Positions 1 to 11,670 of a stretch of 44,896 nt of DNA are shown here, one piece after another (position 1 is the stretch's first letter; each line of letters begins with the position of its first letter). The translations under genes and the position numbers were made by a program. The notes beneath the pieces are model-generated. The model worked only from the letters and a program-made list of their open reading frames with translations, had not been told where the DNA came from and ran no database searches. The stretch is from Eremomyces bilateralis CBS 781.70 (lineage: Eukaryota). The stretch is taken from assembly GCA_010015585.1 (NCBI GenBank), contig ML975161.1; one strand, written 5' to 3'.

Positions 1-3000
1 GTCGACATCATGAGGCTTCCGGGGTGACGCTACACCTGGAATTTGGATGGATCGAAATCGATGTTGAGGCGACGACTCGCGAGAGGCCTGACATGGCCCA
101 CGATTGATCATCGTGTATATTCTCCCGTCGACAATAATTGACAGCTTGACAGCAGAAAGCAAGAATCGCTGGGTATTCCAACATCTGGAAACCTGAGGCG
201 CTTACCCCTTGCAATTGGTCCGTACAGGCAACCAACGGCGGAGGAGGGATGACAGATACGGCACTTCCATCATCAGTGGTTGGAATCAAAGCTCACCTAT
301 CCGGAATTACTTGCCAACGGAAAGAATCCCTCCCAGCGAAGCCGTCTCTCAACCCACCTACATTTGAATAGCGGCTGGAAGATGTGTCATCGATCCAGAT
401 AACAGTCACAGAAGTATCAACGGTCAGGCCACAGACGGGATGACGGGAGGCTTTAGAGCGGAACTATCCTGGCGCTGTGGCGCGGCCCGAAATGGCCGCC
501 CCTCGGGCTTGATGGGTTAGCGTATCCATCCATACCAAAGATCCATCGGAATTCTGACTATGTTAAATCTTTTACGAACTGAATTCAATATTCATTGATT
601 CCGAAATTCTACGAGCCAATTTCTCGATTTCTACGGGATTAGGACCTGATTCATGGCGATATTACGTAGTAGGTCTACCGGACTGGCCAACTGGTACGAT
701 TCGTAAACCTCGAATTCTATGCTCAGGGAGCGACTCAGGGACAGTCGGACGTTGGGCCGAAAGGGGTGAGTTTGTACTCTGTCACTAATTATGCTTCATG
801 AAACTGGGTAATTACACGATATTATATACTTTTTTGTTAACAACGACTTCTCTCCATGTTCTAGACTTCTATCACAGTCCCCTTGGTCCCTCGTCAGCAT
901 ATATTTTCCGATTCACAACAGTCCAGGGTATCACTCACCACCTTGCCATCAAACATTAATCTTACCAGTGGGATATGATTCGCATGTCTCCTAGATTCCT
1001 TTGTCAATTGCGTAGCCTTTGGGATGGATAAATTGAATGCGTCGGTCAATGCCCAGCTACGATGCCGATTTATTGGCAATTTTGCATGGCATCATAGCCG
1101 GACCATTTCCCCTTAATCTCGACTCGTTTGAACCAGGTGGCGCTTGGTGGCGCGGATCTAGGGAGCGTGGCATGGGATCGACGCTGGTCCAATTCGTCGG
1201 GACCTGGACCCCCGATGGCAATGCCACAAGCCCACAACACTGCGTTGAAGCCTGTCAGCTTGCCCGCTTCCCGCAGTTGGAGACCCATGGGTTCGGGACT
1301 TGAGGGAGCATGGATCGATATTATTACTGCTACTGCTACTGATCATCTTGCTTCCGAAACGACTAGCTAAACAAGGTCAGTATTTTGAAGGTAATGCAGC
1401 ATCAGCCAGGGCACATTCACGAGAGCAGCAAGCCGCGCAACCGCGGCGTCCGCAGTCTCATAGCGTCAACATCCAATTCGAACTTGTGGATACCAACGGA
1501 TGGGGTTGCGACGGCCTTTCAGAGTGAGTTACGGCCATCTGATCTCACGATTGGAGGATGTATTTAGCTGAATCGTTGTCGGAGCGGAGGAGATGTGGAG
1601 TCAATATTTCTCAGCTTGGAGCCTTGGACGCCGGATTTTGCTGCGATAGTACTACTAAGTAATTGCCCCTTAGGAGGCTAGGACCGGCCCATTTTGTTCC
1701 AATAGACCCTGCATATCATTCCCTCACTGCTAAACCTGGGCAAGGGCGGAAATGATCGACCCTCAGGTTCATGGTCCACCACGGGATGGGATTGAAGTTG
1801 ACAAGAGGAAGTACCGGTGGCAACGCAATCACACATCAGACACAGCCCGCCGAAGAGATGTTGGTTGAATTTGTTGCGTTGGCAGACTTGCCGATCAGAT
1901 CGTGACTTTCGTGAGCCAGTAAGCGATCCAGAAGTCTGAATATTACAGAGGTTTCCATAAATATCCATAAATAGACGTTGTATGGGACTACATGCTGACT
2001 GAGATGTATTTGTTGGGCAATTAAGGCGGTATAGTCAGGAGATTCCCATTTTTAACCAGGGCCAGCTTGAGACATTGAACTCCCCACCCTAATGCCATGT
2101 TTTCCCAGCCTCCATGACAGCCCCTGGACGACTTGACCTCACCTCATCCTAAGGACCTATAGTCACATCACATCAGACTATCAGAGTGCCGAGAGGCGAG
2201 AGGTGACGCGCACCGCTCTTTCTTTGTACGTACCTACTTACTTTAGGAATTGGGAGCCAAGATGAGAATGATGGATGCCCTCCGTCCGCTGTCCAGACTC
2301 CGGGCATCCGAGCCCAACTACAATCGTCATAGGGCTGGATAGCTTCCCTTCCTTCCCCGCCTATCAAACGAACCGCCTCACTCATTTCCGCCTCCGTTTC
2401 GCGTAACAAGATGGGGGAGTAAGGGAACCAGGGCCCTCCGGTGCGCTGACTTGACCGCCACGCCATGGATTGTTCGTCCTGCTGTGGAGGCGACCGTCAG
2501 AGCGAAGGGATGATGATGAAGCCCAGGAGGAGGGTTTTGCTTCTGGTATTCATGTTGGTATGATTCTACTCGAATCACCGCCCCTCCAAAACCCCTAGAC
2601 GATCCGAGGCTCCCCGTCTCTCTGCCATTGCCCATCGGCATTCTTGCAGATGGAGTCTCCTGGACTACTATCCGTCTTTGTTCTTGCGACTTGCGAGGCG
2701 AAGCTTAAAGCTAGAGCATTGGCTTGTCCGCTTGGACCAGTCACATCGCCCATCATCCATCTCTCGCCCGTGAATGGTCAGCGCACTCATCTCATCAACG
2801 CCGATGTCACTCCGTGGCATTCCTCAACCTTTGTCATGACGGGAGTTATGGAGAATGCCCTAGACTCTCGTGGGTTGGTTATGATAAAATCTTCTCCCTA
2901 TCAGCACTGCACGCGGCACCCTTCCTTCGTGAAAGATGCTCCCTTCTCACAGGTCTTCCTGTTCCTCTCCAGTGTCGGATCCTACCCTTTTGAAGCGGTT

Positions 3001-5029
3001 GTGGAAATCGAATCCGCCTGCATTTCGAGCATCAACATTGCTCACCACTTTGAATCACGACCCCGGTTTCGCCTCTTTCGATTCTAGCCCTTGTGGACTG
3101 GCCAACTCCCGGCAACTCCTAACGTGGACCCATTCAACAGCTCTTGATCTGATTGTACAAGCAAGAAACGGAGAGCAGGACGGGCAACCGGTCCAGGCCT
3201 CTTGGACTGGATCCTTATGACAAGTGTGAAAACGCATGATCGGTTGCGGTTGTCCTCTTCCCGCCAGTCAAGCTTAGGGAGGCGGCGATACGGCACCCAG
3301 TTGGACCATATCACGGGTTGGGATTTCGACGATACGCTCGGTTCGCACTGTAAGTCCTGCAGCAGTGATCCCGTTTCCGCCCTGAAAAGATTCTTTGTCT
3401 AGATTCCGGGTTCCTCGGAGCGGGTGGCTTGGTGCTAACGTGATCGGTTGGCGATGCAGATATGCGAGGTTCTTTCAAGCAATCTTAGCCTCAGCCGCCC
3501 ATCCGAACCTTTGGGATTCAAGGTAAAATATGTCGACACGAGGAATTCTTTGAAAAAGCGCGGAGAGCTGATAAAGAAGGTTGCTGGTGGTCAACCGCAA
3601 TTTCCGGGCAGATACCATCGGCATCGAGGGATTGACGATTGCTTTCGATCCTTGTCTTATCGATAATTTCATCGTCAAAGAGGAATTCCGGTGGTGTGGA
3701 ACGAAGAAAGAGTAATATTTGTAAGTCTCCCCACACTCTGGCTCGGCACGGAATTCATTTCGCTGTTGCGTTCTGCCCCATCGCCGTCCCGAAATGCGTA
3801 ATTCAACTCTCGCCGTCTGGCAAACCAAGAGGCTGGTGAATCATGTCTTCCACTTCTTCATCTCCCTACGTCTCGTCCGGCCTTTCGTGCCGTTCTCTCT
3901 TCCTCTATCCCAATAAATCCACTTGCCCGTGCATGATACACGATGACCTGAGCTGCGACAAAGTCCCTGCTAATCACATTCATCCGCATCGCAGATTGGC
4001 TCTGTTCGACATCGCATTCACGATTTTCCTTCGCCGCCAAATTTGCTCTCTTCCCCTCATCTGTCAATTGGGAGGGGTTTCTCCGGCTTCACTGGACGGG
4101 CATCTAGCCAGCGCCCACTGGCCTTTACCAGCTGCATCTATGCGACACGATTCTCCACAGGACTATGATATCGGATCGGTTGGTGGCGATCATCAACACC
4201 TACGACGGTTGTTCGGTGCCTGGACTCGCTTGAGAGCGACGACGGCCTACTTAGTTCATGCCGCTTCTGCGCGATAGCGCATTTTAACGACTGCTTCTAA
4301 GACGAGATCAAAGAACGACGCCACAGGCGCATGGGTGGTTTCAGGCCACCAAATCCACTTTCTGGGAAGCGTATATCAATCCGCTACGATCTCTCGCCTT
4401 GCAAAATTATCCGCTTCCGTATATATTCAGTGCTGGGCAGACAGGCTGCACTACTGTGATTTCGCCTTTCCATCGGTGTTGAATCAGAGCATTCTTGGCC
4501 TTTGCTGATTCTATCAGCCTCACTGCTTTATCACTCGACCAACTCTCAACGCAGTTGGAACAAGACAAGAGCAAAGTGAAATATATCTTGCGAGACTGTT
4601 GCGGCATTGGATCCCCAAGTCTATCAACAGAAGAGCCGCGTGGACGAGGACCGAAGTCCCGACTACATTCCAAACAGGACCGCACCTGCGACACGATTCA
4701 GTCCGAAGTGGAAAATATATAGTGAGTCGGCAATTTTTCTAATTCGCCCGGAGTGGAAATTCGCCTTGTTTTTGTTTGGACGTATCGACTAAGCGTGGCT
4801 GTACCCGCTGCTGCCTGGTCCGGATATCCGCCTTGAATTGTCATATTACCCCTGTCATCCTTCGCGAACAACTATTCATATACATTTATTGCACTGCCCA
4901 ATAGACGCGCATCAAGTCTAATTTAACATCCAATCAGCTCTAGAAATTTATCGCCGCCTCGCAAAGGGGTGAGGAGGACCGCCTCTCCACAGTGACTGTT
5001 GGAAGGCTTCCAATCTCTGGTCCCTTTCC

Positions 5030-7593
5030 ATGTCTGAGTCGCAGGAGTCATATGTGTACGGTAAGTCAGCTCCAAGAATTGTGCGAGCCTCGATCTAGTG
5101 CTCTGTCGGATTCTCGGTATCGGGGAGATCGATTTTGGATCGCTCCTGGAACATGCATGAGATGGACGTCCTAACGGGCCGCATAGATTATGGCGCCACG
5201 CGATCGACCGCATCTACGGAGAGCAGCTTCACCATCCCGGCACCACATCCAATCCAGCCGTCGCCCTATTTGGCGCATGTGCCCGGGTTGGGCAGTGAGA
5301 GCGGGACTAGGGGTGGTGGTGGGAGTGGCAGCGGAGGTGAGGTGGGGCGGGGTCCCCATGCAACGGGAAGAGACACGATTGGCGAAGGGCCCAGTGCCCT
5401 ACTAGGACGCGAGGTCGACACACCCCATGCTCAGCCGCCCGGGCAGATGCCCGCCCTCCCAAGCTATCATCCTGCGCGTGATGAGGGCCCTGCCTACATC
5501 CCTCACGCGTACACTCCGCATACATTTATTCCTCCCAGGCCGCAAGCTCGGGATGTTCTGGAAATCTTGTCCTATGCACCGTCCAAAGCCCTACATGGAG
5601 AACGCATCTACATCCGCGTCCGAACCGGTTACGACCTGTACTCTCCCCGCCGCACGGCTCTCACCATCATGTTTGCAACTCGTCGTTGTGACACCGCCAT
5701 CACAAAGAATGGCTCAGACGGTGTCTACTATGACTACACACTTTCGACGGACATCCCGTCCTTCGACACGACGGGGTGGTATGAAGGCCAGATGCCTCTG
5801 TACTTGAGCGTGGAAGACGAAGGCGGCCAGAGCGTGCGGGTCGTCGAGGTGGGCGACTTTACCTACCTCGATGCGTCGGCACTCCCTCACCATTCCTCTC
5901 ATGAGGCCATCGCACGAAAACGAAAGGTCTCCCCGGAACCGGAAGGGTACAGAAGTTCACCCCATCATTTGAAACGCGTGGCAAGCCAACAACAATTGAG
6001 TAGAACTTCTCGCGATCTTGGAGCGGCTTATCGACCGCTGTCTCAATCTCCGTACGCTCGCCCGGCGGTCCCATCTTATAGTATGTCTGCGGCTCACTCC
6101 GGGGATCGAGTACCACCTCCCTATTCTCGACGCGCCGTTTCCTACCACTACCCCCCATCAGCAGGCCCCGTTTCGCATGGAGCGCAGGCACCATCCCCAT
6201 CATACAGTCCATACTCGACGGCCAGTCGTCCAAGTCAAAGCCCTGCCTTGGCCGTGGTACCTCCCGCTCCTTCTGGTCCAGCGTTGACGCCAGCGTCACT
6301 CGGGTCGAATCCGCCACTGGTACGGACCACGACTCTACAACCGCCCTCCGCTCCGGTTGGACTGGTGCATCCAGGATTCAACCCCTATGCCATCTACCCG
6401 AACGCTCGTGCAATGCTCAAGATCGATGGTGATCTGGACTCCATGACCCAGAACTGGAACCGAGCTGAACTCGACGCCCGGCGACGATTGGTGCAGTTCA
6501 CCCGTTCTCAGGCCGGGAGCACCATCATAACTTTATTCCGACCGGTCTCACCCGAGGAACGTGCGCCGAATTCCATCTGCATCAGCTGCATTTTGTGGGA
6601 AGAGAGACAGGAGTACTTCGTCACCAGCGTGGACACCATCTACTTGTTGGAGTCGCTTGTCGCCGTGCGCTTCACCGTCGAGGAAAAAAACCGCATCCGA
6701 CGCAACTTGGAGGGCTTCCGACCACTGACAGTTGCCAAATCCAAAGCTGACAGCGAAGACTTTTTCAAGTTGATCATGGGCTTTCCCAATCCCAAACCCC
6801 GCAATATTGAGAAGGATGTGAAGGTGTTTCCGTGGAAGATTCTTGAACAGGCACTGAAGAAAATCATCAGCAAATATGTAAGGACCCCAGTTTTCACCAT
6901 TCCTCACGATTCGGCTGTCCTACCGATTGAAGGGATATTCACTAATGATTCCACCAGTCTGCGAGCTACTCCTCCACGGCGGGTGCGTTGCCATCGGTTG
7001 GACCGAACAGTTACGTCGGTCCCTCATACAGCGCCCGGGATTCTTCTCCCGTCTCTGCCCCTCGCATTCCGCCATACCAGATCACTGCGCAGGGTCCCGA
7101 CTCTGCGCCGCTGATCCGCCATTCTTCGCAACAAATGCATCGATCTCCAGCCATGTATTCTCCGCGCACCACTACCGATTCCGGCCTTGGTCAGTCGTTG
7201 ACAAGCAGCGGCGGCTTAGCAACATACGGAACCGATATCCGAAGTCAAAGCGGACTTGGACATCAATCCAGTGGGTATGGGGCGAGCTACGGAGCACTCC
7301 AAGGATGGCAGGCGACGAGCAATCCGACCCTCTCTCCGGGATTGCCGGCTGGTGGCACATATGGATACGGAGCACGGTCGTCCTGGGATCTTGCTTCATA
7401 CATCGACACTGGGACCAACACGACGACTGGAGCAGCGTCTAACATCTTCTCGGAAGGCGGTTCGATCAGGACGCCCAGTACGGACCCTGGCGGCCATGGA
7501 CCAGGGTACGCGCCAGCGCCTTACACGGGTGGAAGCAGTGCGTATGGTCTGGGATATGGTCAGCGGACGCCAAGCTCATCATCGAGACCATGA
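5030..7593 (+). CDS. medA: Medusa (MedA) developmental transcriptional regulator, ~785 aa, 3 exons (5030-5060, 5187-6877, 6958-7593)
   Basis: Conserved MedA core (RRRLVQFTRSQ...SICISCILWEE...FVTSVDTIYLLESLV...EEKNRIRRNLEGFRPLTVAKSK...FFKLIMGFPNPKPRNIEKDVKVFPWKIL). Intron 5061-5186 (GTAAGT..CTAAC..TAG) joins ATG 5030 in frame. Intron 6878-6957 (GTAAGG..CTAAT..CAG) restores KY|SASYSSTAGAL and joins ORF 6988..7593. Basic NLS-like RKRK. Confidence 0.93.
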
Positions 7594-9377
7594 TGAACTT
7601 CATCACCGGTTCATTGTCCCTTGACTCATGCGCATGTCTCGATGACGATGGTGATGTCGAAACTGTACCAGAACCCGGACACCAGCAGCGCGTTGGCTGG
7701 CAATACCGGACTACATCTGCACTCTCGGCCTTGATATCCGACCGGACACGAGATTTATTGACCAGCTGGACGATAATATTTTGGCGCTAATAGCTGCAGA
7801 CGAGTAGCGGTGGAGTGTTGAAGTTGTGCTGTGGTGGGGGACGCATCCTGGTCGAACTGTGCGTGTGATCTGCAAGCTGCTTCAGTGGTCGCGGGGGTTC
7901 TGCGGTTCACAGCCAAGACTCCGATATCTCATCCACACCCACACCAAACACCGACACTGCAGCTATTTGCAACCCGACACTGGACTTCCAATTCTCGCCG
8001 AACTCGATTTCCACCGTCAGGTTCTGTTCGCTTCGATTCCCATCGAGATCAACTTAAGCCATCCACCCTCGAACCAACCACAGAATAAGTCATCGCCGTG
8101 TCGGTGAGACGCGTCAGCTGGCCCGCCTGACTGACGGAATGGCTGCCAAATATACCTTCAGAGCCCGCTATTGTCGCGGTCAGATCCATCGGTCATCTGC
8201 CCCTACTTACCACCCTCCATTCCACCCTACCCCATCCGTCTACAATTTACTCTTTGGTCACTAGACTCGATCTCCTCTACCGCACGCGCGTTTTCCTATC
8301 CCAAGGTCTCAGCGTCACCGGTCGGGTGTTCAATATCCGACATGTCTTCTCGTCCCGCCCCATTGCCGATGTCGGGCATCTCATCTTAAGCCTAACGAGC
8401 GGAACTTGCCTCTTTCTCCCTTTCCTCTACGTCAACTGATGGCATAGCGCCTCATTCTCCGTTTCATCATTATAGCCGGTCCGGTCGGTTTATTGTTTGC
8501 TCCTCTTTATTATGCATCGAGATACCTGTAGGGCGAGCACAGCCGTGGATTATTCCTTTCTGACTTTCCGACGCATCAACATCAGGCTCTCCGTTTCATG
8601 TATTTTCACCCTTCCCAGTCATGCGCTCATGTTATCCTGGAGTCCGGAATAACGATGTGGTTCTGGGCAGGTTATGACCCTCCCATACGGCGCCCTCTCT
8701 GAGGCGTTGCCGGCACGTATCTTTTCACGGCGCGCAACACACAGGGTGTATTTTTCTTCACATTGAAGAAGTCATAGAAGCGATCTGCATAGCATGGCCA
8801 ATGGGTTATCTAGAATGGTTAGTCTCTGGCGGCAGAGCATTTCCGCAATAGCGCGGACATGAGATGGCGTCCTTTTCGGGGGGGTTTTAGCCCACATGGG
8901 ACATTCGGCGAGGCGTCGTTTGTGTTTTCTATTCTTCTTTCATGCATTCTGGTCGTCGGATCGATCCTTTCAGCTCAGTGTACTTCAGACAAGATATCTG
9001 GCAGCCTCACGGCTATTGAGGGCGCTTTAACATTTTCTCTCGCTTCAATATGACTGCAATTGTCAAGGCGAGGACATAATTTAGTAATAACGATATTATC
9101 ATCATCCACCGTGACCTTTTGTTCAGTGCCAACTCAATCAATAAAGCGGTATTTCGCAAACCTCTTCTCTCACATCTGTGATTACACGCTACCTTCATTA
9201 CGCAATCGACCCTTACAGCTTGGACGCAAACATTATGTATAATGATGGGAGACTAGAAAGTAAGCGAATGATCATCGAATTGCCGCGAGCAATACAATTA
9301 CCAACAAGAACGAAAGAGATCAGAGATCTTGGTTCCGAAATTGGCGTACATTGCTGTCAAAGCCTGATTGACCAAAA

Positions 9378-10805
9378 TCACCACCCGCCTCCTCCCCATC
9401 GAGCCCGGTTCTCGTAGTTGTAGTTATCCTCATTGTACCCGTCCCACTCGTTTTTCATATCACGAAAGCTTCTTTCGGGCTCGTCCCCTTTCTCTCCTTC
9501 GAAGTGAGCATTACCGTAGCAGTTAATCTTCCCCTCAATCCTACCGTCCCTCAGAAACCGGATCCAACCGTGATTCCCTGGCCCAAATGACATCACCCCC
9601 TCTCCGTTCTCTCGCCCTCGCCAAGTGAACTCGAATTTCTCATCAGACGCTTCATACGGTCGCCGGGGGATGCACAAGATGCCCGAATATGCACCGAAAT
9701 CGTACGCGCCCCAGACAAAGGTCCCTGCGAGACAAAGACTTAGCGTAAACTCGTCCGCATTATACTGACTCCACTGATCGAGATCCGGGCAGTGGAGGTA
9801 GTATGTTCCATTGATCATGCCGAGCGGCCCATCGACCTCTGGATCGCTGTCCGAATCCTGTGGAATGGAATCGTCGTCGTAGCCGTAGCCGTCGGAATCC
9901 CTTTGAGAGCTGTAGTGGTTGTCGCGCCCCTCCTCCACTTCAAGATAACCATAGCCACTCGAGCGGCCTTGCGAACTGTAGTTCTCATCGCTCTCGTCTA
10001 TTTCCGGGAACGCGAGCTCCTCTCGAGGTGCGACTGTTGCGCGTCCGGTACCACCACGACGCGCGAACGCCCCACGTCTAGCCGTTTGCTTCGGTCGTCC
10101 CGCCGTTGTTTCAGACGCGTTTGGCAGACTCGGCGTGGTTGTGGCTCTCTGCGAGGTTCCGCCCCGGGCGACGCGACCTGTGCCTCGTCTCGCGGTCTGG
10201 CGCAGACGAGGCGCTGCAGCAGTCGACGCTTCGCCTCGCTTCGCGGTGGGCGTAGGCCGGGCGGAACCAGTGGACTTATCCTTCGCTCCACTCTTCGAAC
10301 TCAAGGCAGCAGGCTCTAATATCTGAACTGTCGGTTTCTGTTTCTTCTTCGATGATTCTGCAGGGAGCGGAGCGCTGCTGTCATCGCTGCGTCCCCTCTT
10401 CTTCGTCGTCGACTTAGATGCAACCTTCTGAGTCGTGGGTGCTTTCTTCACAGCGCGGGTTTGCGATTGCCATTCTTTCTTTAATTCCTTCTCATAACGG
10501 GCGATCTCAGCTGGGACTTTCAGCGACGCTGCATTCACCGCATCCAACAATCGAGATTTGGCGACTGCTTTGGTCTTCGAGGCGACAAGGCCGTAGTGCA
10601 TCAATTGAGCCTCGTACCAGTGAGCAACAGGGTCCTTGTCAATGGTCGCCCCGGCCTTGGAGGTGGGGTCGGCAGGATGGAAAAGTGCCTTGAGTTCCAC
10701 GATGGCAGCGCGACGATGTCGTTGTCCATTGCTAGCTTCAGCGTAAAACGTGTTGTCATTGTAATGGAAGGCGGACTTTGGATAGCTAACGCATTTTGGA
10801 GGCAT
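9378..10805 (-). CDS. Conserved fungal hypothetical protein, 475 aa (helical N-domain, K/R-rich linker, acidic tract, Gly/aromatic beta-rich C-domain)
   Basis: Uninterrupted ATG-initiated 475-aa ORF with protein-like domain organisation (HWYEAQLMHYGL...KSRLLDAV; WGAYDFG..SGIL; FTWRGRENGEG). No function recognised. Confidence 0.85.
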   Translation of the reverse strand: MPPKCVSYPKSAFHYNDNTFYAEASNGQRHRRAAIVELKALFHPADPTSKAGATIDKDPVAHWYEAQLMHYGLVASKTKAVAKSRLLDAVNAASLKVPAEIARYEKELKKEWQSQTRAVKKAPTTQKVASKSTTKKRGRSDDSSAPLPAESSKKKQKPTVQILEPAALSSKSGAKDKSTGSARPTPTAKRGEASTAAAPRLRQTARRGTGRVARGGTSQRATTTPSLPNASETTAGRPKQTARRGAFARRGGTGRATVAPREELAFPEIDESDENYSSQGRSSGYGYLEVEEGRDNHYSSQRDSDGYGYDDDSIPQDSDSDPEVDGPLGMINGTYYLHCPDLDQWSQYNADEFTLSLCLAGTFVWGAYDFGAYSGILCIPRRPYEASDEKFEFTWRGRENGEGVMSFGPGNHGWIRFLRDGRIEGKINCYGNAHFEGEKGDEPERSFRDMKNEWDGYNEDNYNYENRARWGGGGW

Positions 10806-11670
10806 CGTGTGACTTGAGGTCTAGATACGAGTGGTCCGATGCTTGCGGGACGTGCCGACTGTCGAGATTTGAATAGAACAGTATTCAGTAGCAATAAGAT
10901 GCCGAATCCTAGGCTTCAGAGTTCGTCGGATCTTCGGAACATCGGGGGTATCCAGGAGTTGCGACGTCAGATCGGGAGATTCCCAGGTTCAGGCTTCCAG
11001 GGTTCTTCTCCACCAATTGCACGGTTCGGAATTAGATGATTTGACGCTAATTCTGGATGTGATAGCTCAAGTGCCCGACGTCTTCTCCAGACTCCGATAT
11101 CTGTAGGTCTGCTCGTATCAAGATCCAGCCTCCGCTGCAAACAGTTTCCGGTCTCAGCCCGTAACACAGCGGCGGCCTTGAAAAACAGGCGTATTCGTAT
11201 GTGAGCCAATTAGTACCAATGAAAATAAGAATCAGGGAGAGATCCAAGCTGCAAGAAGTGGAGGAAAGCGAGGAGGATTGTCAGGGATCTAACGGCGGAA
11301 ATGGCGCCAGGCAAACGAAGACAAGACGGCAACGATGCTTTTGTGCGACGGGACAGTTCTCTCCAACCAGGATGTGGGGGAATTGAGATCAAGATCGAAA
11401 GATAAAGCGGGAACAGGAATGGGAGATAATGACGGGAATATACAGGAGAAATCCATCATGGAGTTGGCGATGGATGTCATACGTCCTGATGGATTCACCT
11501 CCATCGCGTCGTCCTCTACCACGACGCATCAGCTGCTAACACATTCAATGCAACTATTATCGTCTTCTTCATCTATTTAATCCGTCTCTTTCCTCCAACA
11601 CCGACTTCTAATTCCCCATCCCCAACCCATCTCCGTCCATTTTCCTCAAGTCACAACGGGTTCCTCAATC

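Noticed and set aside
1324..1342. (TACTGC)n microrepeat producing a poly-Leu stretch in ORF 1300..1527
   Set aside because: A simple repeat; the hydrophobic run is an artefact and the ORF lacks an ATG start.
8..4792. Numerous 60-147 aa ORFs upstream of medA
   Set aside because: No recognisable motifs, mostly non-ATG starts, overlapping on both strands, and no consistent splice model. Treated as non-coding or leader sequence.
6878..7114. C-terminal extension of the 659-aa medA ORF (VRTPVF...)
   Set aside because: It reads through a consensus intron; splicing restores the conserved KYSASYSST.
11201..11660. Purine-rich then pyrimidine-rich mirror with weak inverted similarity
   Set aside because: Best explained as strand-specific CT-rich leaders of two divergent genes, not a true inverted repeat.
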